From contig JAWBJZ010000001.1 in NCBI GenBank assembly GCA_038832005.1, forward strand, positions 1 to 59,356: DNA of 59,356 nt, written 5' to 3'. Origin of the DNA: Candidatus Caldarchaeum sp. GTDB taxonomy: Archaea; Thermoproteota; Nitrososphaeria_A; Caldarchaeales; Caldarchaeaceae. The notes under the pieces are model-generated. The model searched no databases. It was not told the origin of the DNA and saw nothing but the letters and a program-made list of their open reading frames with translations. The position numbers were made by a program, and so were the translations under genes. The first letter of the stretch is position 1, and each line of letters opens with the position of its first letter. Shown here in pieces: positions 18,970-26,475 of the stretch.

Positions 18970-20442
18970 TTAAAACTTGACACCTGTTTGCAGAGTTACA
19001 GCAGCCGTCCTGTAAACCCTCAGCTGGCTTGTCAGCATGTAAATGAACCCTGCCGCCACACAGAACGACAACAAGACCAAGAAGGGTTCTACGACATACG
19101 TCAAAACAGGATCGTTGTATGGGTTCGGAACATACTGGGCTGGGCTTCGAGGTATCATGTAGAAGTTTATGGCGGTCGACACTATGATGGCTACAGCCGA
19201 CGTTAGAGTGGCGAGATAGCTAGCGAGCCGTCCACGACCAAGCACATCCATGTAGACTATGAACAGGGCTGAAGCATAAAGCATAAGAAGAACATGCCAG
19301 TGACCTATGTTGTAGGCGTTTTCAGCCCAGTTCCAGACGGGGTTCCTGAACTCTGGCCGGAGGATCACGGGCTTTCGAAGGCTCATTGCTACGACCGCTC
19401 CCGGTATTGCGACGCTCGGCCACACCCACACCACCAATGAATAAAGTGATAGATGGGTCAGCATGTCTGCTAGACGTGTCCCGGCCTTAAGCTTCTCAGC
19501 TATTTTCTTGGCCTCAAAAATCGCTATCAGAGCGGTGAAGAATATCAGCCCTACTGCTGCAGGAGTGATTAGCAGGTGTGCGGTTTTTCCATAAGGCCAA
19601 ACTGCCCAGCAGGCAGCAACCATCACAAGCTGTCCAGCCAGACCGCCTGCGAGAAGAATCTTCGATGATTTTCTCTCCACATCTATGTTTAGGTATTTGA
19701 AGGTTGTGAAGACGATCGCCGCACCCAGCGTTGCGACCATAGCATGTTGATGGGCTGTCATAGCCCTCCAGACGAAAACCTCCTCGCCTAGGTCTGGGTC
19801 TATTTTTGCAAGGATTTTTGCCGCCCTGAGCTCCTTCCCTATGCCAACCATCTCGTTTGCGCCTATCCACGCGCCTATAAGCGATGTTGCCAGCAGCAGC
19901 AACGCTGATGCGAATATGTTAACGGATAGATAGTCGATCCTTCCTTTCCCGTCCCTAAGCCTCATACCTGTTACGAACAGAAGTCCTGAAGCGAAAAGGA
20001 GTGATAGGCCTGCTATGAAGACACCGTGGAGGAAAGGTTCTTCCACCCAGTAGCCGTACCCTATCCCTCCCGCAACAACCATCAGATACCCCGCTGTTCC
20101 CAGAACTGATGTCGGACCTGCATACCCTTGTTTGAGAGGGACGATTGCCGTGGCTAGGTACAGGGTCATGGCCACTAAGACGGCGAAAACAGAATGGTAA
20201 AGCATCGTCAACCTAGCCAGATAGCTTTTACACAGGACCTCGTTAGTGTTGCATATTTCCGCCACGACAGTGTCGTCTAAAACGTTCATTCTGATATCGT
20301 CGGGCTTCCTTATTCCCAGAGCGTTGGCCACAGACGTGAGTGGCGGGGATAGTAGAACACCCCATCCGGCTAGCAGAACGCCCACTGTGACGGCGAGCAT
20401 CATCAACGGCTTGATGCCCATAGCTTCACCTCTCGTATCCAA
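18970..20442 (-). CDS. polytopic membrane protein, family not recognised (His-rich TM motifs)
   Basis: 490-aa ORF with more than 10 hydrophobic segments. His-containing motifs 'MLYHSVFA', 'PFLHGVFIAG', 'AMTAHQHAMVATLG', 'NIGHWHVLLMLY'. An alternative start at 20403/20406 (MMLAV) gives a 1-nt TGATG junction with the upstream gene. Confidence 0.6.
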   Translation of the reverse strand: MDTRGEAMGIKPLMMLAVTVGVLLAGWGVLLSPPLTSVANALGIRKPDDIRMNVLDDTVVAEICNTNEVLCKSYLARLTMLYHSVFAVLVAMTLYLATAIVPLKQGYAGPTSVLGTAGYLMVVAGGIGYGYWVEEPFLHGVFIAGLSLLFASGLLFVTGMRLRDGKGRIDYLSVNIFASALLLLATSLIGAWIGANEMVGIGKELRAAKILAKIDPDLGEEVFVWRAMTAHQHAMVATLGAAIVFTTFKYLNIDVERKSSKILLAGGLAGQLVMVAACWAVWPYGKTAHLLITPAAVGLIFFTALIAIFEAKKIAEKLKAGTRLADMLTHLSLYSLVVWVWPSVAIPGAVVAMSLRKPVILRPEFRNPVWNWAENAYNIGHWHVLLMLYASALFIVYMDVLGRGRLASYLATLTSAVAIIVSTAINFYMIPRSPAQYVPNPYNDPVLTYVVEPFLVLLSFCVAAGFIYMLTSQLRVYRTAAVTLQTGVKF

Positions 20443-21119
20443 GTCTTGCCCATAATCAGCCCGAGTGTTATGAGTAATGTGCTTAAGAATATGATTTGAG
20501 TAGCTATCTGCAAAACTAGGTCTACGGGTAGCAGTGGTCTACCTACCGCCATGGTGGCAAGAGCCACGCCAGCGACGCTGATTAAGAGGCCGCCGATCGA
20601 TGTTAGGGCGAGAGGTTTGATGCCCCTAAACGCTGCAATCGCAGGCAGGAATATGAGTAGGAGACCGCTGGGAACGTGTATAGCTAGCAGAAGCGCTATT
20701 GCAAATCCCCACCCAACAGCCCTCGTGGCAGCGTAGATGCCTGCAATCATTATTGTGTACACAGCATAGTAGACTCCGAAGTTTTTCTTTATCAAGGCCG
20801 AGATAAGACCGGCGGCGAGCAGGCCTGGTGTGAACATCCCTACAATGGACGTGTATGGCAGCTCCAATCCTTCGAAACCGTATAGAAGAAGTGTAGAGCC
20901 TACAGCTAGGAGGGCGGCTGCAGCCGCTGCCCAAAGAATCAGCTGGATGCTTCGCGTCTTAACGTAGGCCCTTAACACGTAGGCTATGAAAATAATTCCC
21001 CAGACCGCTGTGAGCGAGAGAAACACCACGTCAGACAGAGGCATCATGGCACTAATAATTTCCGTCCGGAAAGATTTAACATCCTGCCTCAAGATGTTTA
21101 CGTCAATATACAGCTGCAT
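20403..21119 (-). CDS. polytopic (~7 TM) membrane protein, family not recognised
   Basis: 238-aa ORF (start may be the internal 'MMPLSDVV'). It lies directly upstream of 18970..20442 and overlaps it. Confidence 0.55.
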   Translation of the reverse strand: MQLYIDVNILRQDVKSFRTEIISAMMPLSDVVFLSLTAVWGIIFIAYVLRAYVKTRSIQLILWAAAAAALLAVGSTLLLYGFEGLELPYTSIVGMFTPGLLAAGLISALIKKNFGVYYAVYTIMIAGIYAATRAVGWGFAIALLLAIHVPSGLLLIFLPAIAAFRGIKPLALTSIGGLLISVAGVALATMAVGRPLLPVDLVLQIATQIIFLSTLLITLGLIMGKTWIREVKLWASSR

Positions 21120-21168
21120 GAAAGATAGTATCAGGAAAATAGGGCAAATAACGCCTTCATTTTAGGTA

Positions 21169-21214
21169 CGCCGGGGAGCGGATTTGAACCGCTGACCGAC
21201 GGGTTAACAGCCCG
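21169..21214 (-). repeat. partial tRNA-Asn copy (positions ~28-73: anticodon arm, variable loop, T arm, 3' acceptor strand)
   Basis: Plus strand 'cgccggggAGCGGatttgaaCCGCTgaccgacgggttaacagcccg' versus the intact gene 'cgccggggGCCCGatttgaaCGGGCgaccgacgggttaacagcccg'. No matching 5' acceptor or D arm nearby. Same orientation as the intact tRNA and downstream of it. Confidence 0.8.
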
Positions 21215-21284
21215 AATTTAATGTTTCAAAAACAACATGTATAAGCACCAGCTACCGCCAAAGCCACGAATGGGCGTTTAAACC

Positions 21285-21292
21285 TTATAAAT
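21285..21292 (+). promoter_or_regulatory. TATA box TTATAAAT for ORF 21313
   Basis: Its centre is about 24 nt upstream of the GTG start codon, implying a leaderless mRNA. Confidence 0.5.
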
Positions 21293-21312
21293 GCTGCTAA
21301 ACTAACGAAAAC

Positions 21313-22176
21313 GTGTCTCTACGAGAAATAATAGATTTAGTTGGCATGTTGAAAAACCGTATCAACAAATATCGGGGCGAGCTGCAGAGAAACGAGACGC
21401 TAACCAGATATGTACTGGTCGACCCGTTGCTCAGGGCTTTGGGATGGGACACGGAAAACCCTGAGTTGCTCGTACCAGAAATGACCACGCAAGCAGGCAG
21501 GCCCGACTACACTCTGCTGCATAATGGACGGAAAATTGCTTTCGTCGGGGTTAAAGCCCTCGGCAAGTCGGAGGACCTGCTTCAACAAATTTCCTACTGT
21601 GTTTCGGAAGGTGTTAGATATTTCATCGCTACAGACGGGGCGAAATGGGAGGTTTATGACACACAGATTCAGAAACCTCTGGCCGAGAAACGCATAGCGT
21701 ACTGGGACATAGACTCCATGGATGCTGGCGAGGTTGTTAGACAGGCTTTCTCCATAATGCGACACGCAGGCGTAGGCATGCCTCCGCAAAGCATCGAGTT
21801 CAAGCATCACAAACCTGAAGGAACCCCTTTAACTCAAATAACGCCCAAACCTCGTGAAAAACTCAAGTTCACAAAAATAAGTTTTCACGATGGGAAGAGC
21901 TTCGACCTCAAATATTGGAGGGACATCCTGGTGGCTACGGTTGAATGGCTGTCCTCATCGGGTAGGCTCAAACCACCAGTCAAACTACCTTATGGTTCCA
22001 CCTATATAGTGAACACCGAGCCAAAACACGCCAACGGCCGAAGATTCAGAAGCATTAGAAAGGTTGGAGACCTGTTTGTCGAAACAAATTTCAGCAACAA
22101 GGATGTCGTGAAACACACCATATACCTGCTCCAACAACACGGAGTGGATGCTGTCAACGTATTCCTGCACACCTAA
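21313..22176 (+). CDS. HsdR_N-like PD-(D/E)xK nuclease-fold protein with an unrecognised C-terminal domain
   Basis: 'NETLTRYVLVDPLLRALGWDTENPELLVPE..GRPDYTLL..KIAFVGVKALG..QQISYC..VRYFIATDGAKWEVYD' follows the type I restriction R-subunit N-terminal domain pattern. The ExK glutamate is replaced by Gly ('VGVK'). The C-terminal ~130 aa are unassigned. Confidence 0.65.
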   Translation: MSLREIIDLVGMLKNRINKYRGELQRNETLTRYVLVDPLLRALGWDTENPELLVPEMTTQAGRPDYTLLHNGRKIAFVGVKALGKSEDLLQQISYCVSEGVRYFIATDGAKWEVYDTQIQKPLAEKRIAYWDIDSMDAGEVVRQAFSIMRHAGVGMPPQSIEFKHHKPEGTPLTQITPKPREKLKFTKISFHDGKSFDLKYWRDILVATVEWLSSSGRLKPPVKLPYGSTYIVNTEPKHANGRRFRSIRKVGDLFVETNFSNKDVVKHTIYLLQQHGVDAVNVFLHT

Positions 22177-22312
22177 CAACTCCGCAACCGATTTTTAACA
22201 CACTTCGACATGAGCGGAAAGTCAACAGGCTTAGACACTCCAACACAGTAGGCGCGTACACGCACACCAGCATCGGGTCGTCGAGGACTGAAATCATTAT
22301 AGGCTTGTCGAC

Positions 22313-22386
22313 CGCCGGGGGCCCGATTTGAACGGGCGACCGACGGGTTAACAGCCCGCCGCTCTACCAGGCTGAGCTACCCCGGC
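22313..22386 (-). tRNA. tRNA-Asn (anticodon GTT)
   Basis: Folded by hand: GCCGGGG-TA-GCTC-AGCCTGGTA-GAGC-G-GCGGG-CTGTTAA-CCCGT-CGGTC-GCCCG-TTCAAAT-CGGGC-CCCCGGC-G. 74 nt, no encoded CCA, no intron. Confidence 0.92.
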
Positions 22387-22405
22387 TGTATTTTGATGTT
22401 TTTCC

Positions 22406-22415
22406 TTTTTTATTA
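22406..22415 (-). promoter_or_regulatory. TATA box (TAATAAAAAA) for tRNA-Asn
   Basis: Its centre is about 25 nt upstream of the tRNA 5' end at 22386. Confidence 0.5.
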
Positions 22416-22588
22416 GGTTGTTGTGAGCGTGGATGTTATCGGCTGTGTTGCGTTGGATTCATTGTAGTGTTTGAAGACGTTTGCTTCTGGAAGAGACTTC
22501 TTGTTCACGGCTTCTTGGAAGCTTAACCGCTTCGTTCGTTTGTCGGCGTTTGTTTAGATGATTTAGCTGCGGTTGATTTCTGCGATCG

Positions 22589-22596
22589 CTTATAAG
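22589..22596 (+). promoter_or_regulatory. TATA-like box CTTATAAG for the BtpA-like gene
   Basis: About 30 nt upstream of the ATG at 22622. Confidence 0.4.
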
Positions 22597-22621
22597 CATC
22601 GATGACGCTGGCCGGCGTAGA

Positions 22622-23458
22622 ATGGGCGACGTTCTATCCGATGTTTTCGGATGCGTTAAGCCCGTGATAGGGATGGTCCATCTTCCGCCCTTGCCCGGCT
22701 CACCGAGCAGTGCTCGTATGGCTGTTGAGGAGTTGATTGATTACGCTCTGAGGGATGCTAGAGCTTTGGCGGAAGGCGGTGTAGATGGTGTGCAGGTCGA
22801 GAATATCGGCGACAAGCCGTTCATGAAGTCGCGGGACTTGGGTTTTGAGGTTACGTCAATAGTATCGGCCGTGGCCCGGGAGGTGCGCAGCTCTCTGGGC
22901 TTGCCTGTGGGGGTTTTCGTTTTGGCCAACGGCGTCTACGAATCCATCTCAACGGCACTCGCATGCGGAGCCAGCTGGGTGAGGGCCAACCTCTACAACC
23001 TTGCTTACATCGCCGACGAAGGTTTTGTTGAAGCCGCCGCTCCACATGCTGAAAGACATAGAGCGTTGTTAAACCCCTCGATACGCATATTAGCCGACGT
23101 GATGGTCAAGCACGGAAGCCATTTCATAGTTTCGGACCTTCCCCTCTCCTACCATGTTGCGAGGGCACAGGAGCTCGGAGCCGATGCTATAGTAGTCTCC
23201 GGCTCTAGGACAGGGGCGGAGACGCCTGTGGAAAGAGTTTACGAAGTGAAGCGGTGGGCTTCGAAGCCGGTCATAGTGGGCAGCGGCTTGAACCCATGGA
23301 ATGCTGAGAAGCTGCTGAGTCTGGCAGACGGGGCGATAGTGGGCACCTACTTTAAAGCTGGCGGAAAACTGTCGAACCCGGTGGACATCGACAGGGTTAA
23401 GAAGCTCATGACTTTGGTCAAAAGACTGAGACAGATAACACAAGGTAGGGGCTTATGA
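22622..23458 (+). CDS. BtpA/SgcQ-family TIM-barrel protein (paralog 1)
   Basis: 'VIGMVHLPPLPGSP', 'DGVQVENIGDKPF', 'LANGV', 'VKHGSHF', 'VSGSRTGAETP', 'VIVGSGLNPWNAEKLL..ADGAIVGTYFK'. Confidence 0.8.
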   Translation: MGDVLSDVFGCVKPVIGMVHLPPLPGSPSSARMAVEELIDYALRDARALAEGGVDGVQVENIGDKPFMKSRDLGFEVTSIVSAVAREVRSSLGLPVGVFVLANGVYESISTALACGASWVRANLYNLAYIADEGFVEAAAPHAERHRALLNPSIRILADVMVKHGSHFIVSDLPLSYHVARAQELGADAIVVSGSRTGAETPVERVYEVKRWASKPVIVGSGLNPWNAEKLLSLADGAIVGTYFKAGGKLSNPVDIDRVKKLMTLVKRLRQITQGRGL

Positions 23459-23536
23459 CGTTTTACCCCGCACAGAATCGATGTGGCTGTGGATGAAGTT
23501 AATGCATAAAAAATCTTCCGCAGTTGGTGGGCGGGA

Positions 23537-24424
23537 TTGAACGGGAGAAGGGTTGCTGTGGTGGGGGACATCAACCTAGACATCATCGCGTTCCATTCGA
23601 CTTTTCCGCGTGAAGGTGGGGAGGAGCTGGCAGATAGGGCTTATGTTAGGCATGGTGGGTCGGGGGCAAACATAGCGCATGCGTTGAGCCTGTTAGGCGC
23701 TGATGCCGTCATGGTAGGCTGTGTGGGCGAAGACCAAATTGGAAGAATGCTGGTGGCCGGGCTGGCGGAAGCGGGCGCGGACACATCCAACATACAGACA
23801 ACACGCGAAGACACGACGGGCGTGGTCTATGTGGTTGTGACGGGAAACGGCGAAAGGACGATGCTCGCGTACAGGGGAGCCAACAGACATCTCAGGAAAG
23901 ATATCCTCAGAGAGGATGCCCTAGATGACGTGGCGGCCATACACATTTCCGGCTACAGCTTTCTTGAAGGGGCGCAGAGGCAGACTGCGTTTTATATTCT
24001 CGAGCACAGCGGAAGCCGGCTTCGCACGATGGACGTCTGCATGCCCCTCGCCCGCCAAACAACACTGTTGAACCACATAGCTAAGCAGATGGACTACGTC
24101 TTCATCAACGCGGAAGAATTCAAGAACCTCTCAAGAAACAGTGGCGTCGAATCAGTTTCCGCTCTCGCATCACGCTGGGGTTGCACGGTGGTTTTGAAAA
24201 AAGGCAGTCGTGGATGCGAGATTTGCACCAAGGATGGAGAGATAATCGCTTTAGCTGCGGAACCAGTCGAACCGGTGGATACGACTGGGGCCGGCGACGC
24301 GTTCGCAGCAGGCTTCATACACGAATTATTGCGAGGGTCGTCGCTACGACAGTGTGGCCTGACGGCTGTCAGACTGGGGGCCCAGGCGGCTAGAACGATA
24401 GGCGGCAGGCTGCCAAGAGTATAA
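23537..24424 (+). CDS. PfkB-family carbohydrate/nucleoside kinase
   Basis: 'VAVVGDINLDI', 'HGGSGANIAHALSLLG', 'DTTGAGDAFAAGF' (ribokinase-family signature). TTG start. Confidence 0.85.
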   Translation: MNGRRVAVVGDINLDIIAFHSTFPREGGEELADRAYVRHGGSGANIAHALSLLGADAVMVGCVGEDQIGRMLVAGLAEAGADTSNIQTTREDTTGVVYVVVTGNGERTMLAYRGANRHLRKDILREDALDDVAAIHISGYSFLEGAQRQTAFYILEHSGSRLRTMDVCMPLARQTTLLNHIAKQMDYVFINAEEFKNLSRNSGVESVSALASRWGCTVVLKKGSRGCEICTKDGEIIALAAEPVEPVDTTGAGDAFAAGFIHELLRGSSLRQCGLTAVRLGAQAARTIGGRLPRV

Positions 24425-24455
24425 AGTATTTCTACCGGCTGGGGAGTGGTTTAGC

Positions 24456-25295
24456 ATGCCCCAGCCTCTTTTGCCCATGAAGCCTAATGCATTGACAGAG
24501 TTGTTCAAAAATCCCAAACCAATCATAGCCATGATACATTTACCGCCGCTACCGGGCGCTCCCCGATATTCCGGCATGGCTGTCGAGGACATAATTCAAT
24601 ACGCGCTTCGTGACGCTGAGGTCCTCAAAAGCGGGGAAGTGGATGGGTTGCAGGTGGAGAACATAGGCGACTATCCATACCTGAAGCCGGAGGAGATAGG
24701 GCACGAGACCGCTTCTATCCTAGCTGTTGTCTCCCGAGAGGTTAGGAAATCCACAGGCCTGCCTGTCGGAGTATGCTGTCTGGCGAACGGTGTGATACCC
24801 GCCATCGCCGCATGCGTGGCCTCAGGAGGCAAGTGGGTGAGGGCAGCCGAGTGGGCCAACGCCTACATCGCTGACGAGGGGTTTGTCGAGGCCATAGCTC
24901 ATAGAGCGCTACGTTACAGGGCGGGCCTCAGAGCCTATGACGTGAAGGTTTTCGCCGACGTTCAAGTCAAGCATGGAAGCCACTTCATAATTAGCGACAG
25001 ACCTTTCGAGGAGCAGGTCGCTGACGTAGAGTTTTTCGACGCCGACGCCGTAATAGTGTCCGGCACAAGAACCGGGGCTGAAACACCTTTGGAACGCGTT
25101 GTCAAGGCCAAGCAGTCCACGTACTTGCCGGTCCTCATAGGAAGCGGGCTAAACCCGTCGAACGCGGAGAAACTTCTGAGTGTCGCTGACGGCGCTATCG
25201 TCGGCTCATACATGCGTAAGGATGGAAAATTCTGGAACCCGGTTGAGCTTGAAAGGGTTAAGAGCCTCATGGCTGTTGTTAAAAAGCTGAGGTAA
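24456..25295 (+). CDS. BtpA/SgcQ-family TIM-barrel protein (paralog 2)
   Basis: Collinear with 22622..23458 along its whole length and identical in roughly half or more of positions by eye: 'IIAMIHLPPLPGAP', 'DGLQVENIGDYPY', 'VKHGSHF', 'VSGTRTGAETP', 'VLIGSGLNPSNAEKLL..ADGAIVGSYMR'. Confidence 0.8.
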   Translation: MPQPLLPMKPNALTELFKNPKPIIAMIHLPPLPGAPRYSGMAVEDIIQYALRDAEVLKSGEVDGLQVENIGDYPYLKPEEIGHETASILAVVSREVRKSTGLPVGVCCLANGVIPAIAACVASGGKWVRAAEWANAYIADEGFVEAIAHRALRYRAGLRAYDVKVFADVQVKHGSHFIISDRPFEEQVADVEFFDADAVIVSGTRTGAETPLERVVKAKQSTYLPVLIGSGLNPSNAEKLLSVADGAIVGSYMRKDGKFWNPVELERVKSLMAVVKKLR

Positions 25296-25498
25296 ATCCA
25301 CTACGCAAGCTCAGCGGCAAACCCATCGCTACACGTTTGCATCAGCACACCTGATAGCAACAAGCCAACGCGAAACCGTGTTACAGTCCTGCTCGTTAAT
25401 GGCAAAAAGCTCGATAGCGACCTCAATGTCGTTACACAGACTCCGCTACAATGGGCGACAAGCATCTAACGCATGCTAATTAACGCTAGCAGCCAAGT

Positions 25499-25599
25499 GG
25501 AAACGTTTTCTCACAACGCGTGTAACCCTAAACGGAAGAAAAGCTGATGAAATATAAGCAACCGCCTAAGCCGTCTTCGCTGTCTTAGTTCTTTCAAGT
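25499..25599. repeat. diverged copy of the ABC-permease-3'-end / pyrG-3'-end junction (left repeat)
   Basis: Aligns by hand with 27688..27789, with about 80 of ~101 positions identical and one 1-nt indel. It lies in a non-coding spacer. The plus frame still reads 'KRFLTTRVTLNGRK' versus 'ERLLTMRVTLRRRR' in the live gene. Confidence 0.8.
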
Positions 25600-25764
25600 T
25601 TTTAACGCGTTTTTATTAACGCCGTCGCCGCAGCTGCCAGCCACAACCCCACCTTGTTCAAAGTCTCAGTTAACTAGGTGATATCTCTACTCCAAAGCGG
25701 TTGCGTATCGAACATGCTGGCAAACACTTACATTTCAGACTAATGACCTCTACGGGAGACAAAA

Positions 25765-26475
25765 ATGTATGCCGCTGAAGCGAAAAACCTGTGGCGTTTC
25801 TTCGGGGAAAAACCGGCACTACAGGGAGTAGATCTCAATGTGGAAGAGGGGTTGGTTTTCGGGTTAATAGGCCCAAACGGCGCTGGAAAGACAACACTGT
25901 TCAGAATACTGGCTACAATACTTAAACCCAGCACTGGTGAGATTAGAATATTCGGAAAGGACGTTGTCAAACAATCGGCAGAAATCAGGCGGATGATCTC
26001 ATATCTTCCGGAAGACGCCGGTGTTTACAGGCATCTGACAGGCTTGGCTTTTCTGAAGATGATGGCACGCCTCTATTCTGTCGGCTCGGTGGAGAAGGGG
26101 GTAGAGGTGGCTGGGTTGGGTGAAGCGCTGAGGGAGAGAATGGGTGGTTACAGCAGGGGGATGCGGAGAAGAATACTGCTAGCCAGCTGTCTGATGGTCA
26201 AACCAAGGCTGGCAATCCTCGACGAACCCACCGCAGGCCTTGACGTCGAGCACGCAGTATACGTCAGAAAGATAATAAAACAGTACGCGGCTGAGGGGGT
26301 TACATTCCTAGTCTCAAGCCACAACATGCTGGAAGTCAGCTACCTATGCGACACAGTAGCACTGATACATAATGGTAAGATATTGTTGGAGGGCAAACCC
26401 TCCCAGTTGACTGCTAGTCAAGGAGTTGAAAATCTTGAGGAACTTTTTGTCAAAAAAATGGGTGCTGGACGATGA
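25765..26475 (+). CDS. ABC transporter ATP-binding protein (ABC-2 subfamily)
   Basis: Walker A 'GLIGPNGAGKTT', signature 'YSRGMRRR', Walker B 'LAILDEPTAGLD', H-loop 'SSHNM'. Confidence 0.9.
   Translation: MYAAEAKNLWRFFGEKPALQGVDLNVEEGLVFGLIGPNGAGKTTLFRILATILKPSTGEIRIFGKDVVKQSAEIRRMISYLPEDAGVYRHLTGLAFLKMMARLYSVGSVEKGVEVAGLGEALRERMGGYSRGMRRRILLASCLMVKPRLAILDEPTAGLDVEHAVYVRKIIKQYAAEGVTFLVSSHNMLEVSYLCDTVALIHNGKILLEGKPSQLTASQGVENLEELFVKKMGAGR

Noticed and set aside
21169-21214. The tRNA-Asn fragment as a 3' half of a split or permuted tRNA gene
   Set aside because: A complete, foldable tRNA-Asn with the same anticodon lies 1.1 kb away. No 5' half with a matching GCCGGGG acceptor strand and no complementary leader is visible nearby. 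The break point (~position 27/28) is not a typical split site. An att-type duplicate explains it better.
21313-22176. ORF 21313 as a fragment of an SSV-type partitioned integrase
   Set aside because: No tyrosine-recombinase R..H..R..Y pattern is present. The N-terminus instead fits the HsdR_N PD-(D/E)xK pattern, and the ORF does not overlap either tRNA-derived repeat.
22417-25500. Inverted repeats flanking the BtpA-PfkB-BtpA cassette (transposon-like ends)
   Set aside because: Reverse-complementing the left spacer gives only compositional resemblance and a few short 6-8-mers shared with the right spacer. I could find no convincing aligned terminal repeat by eye.
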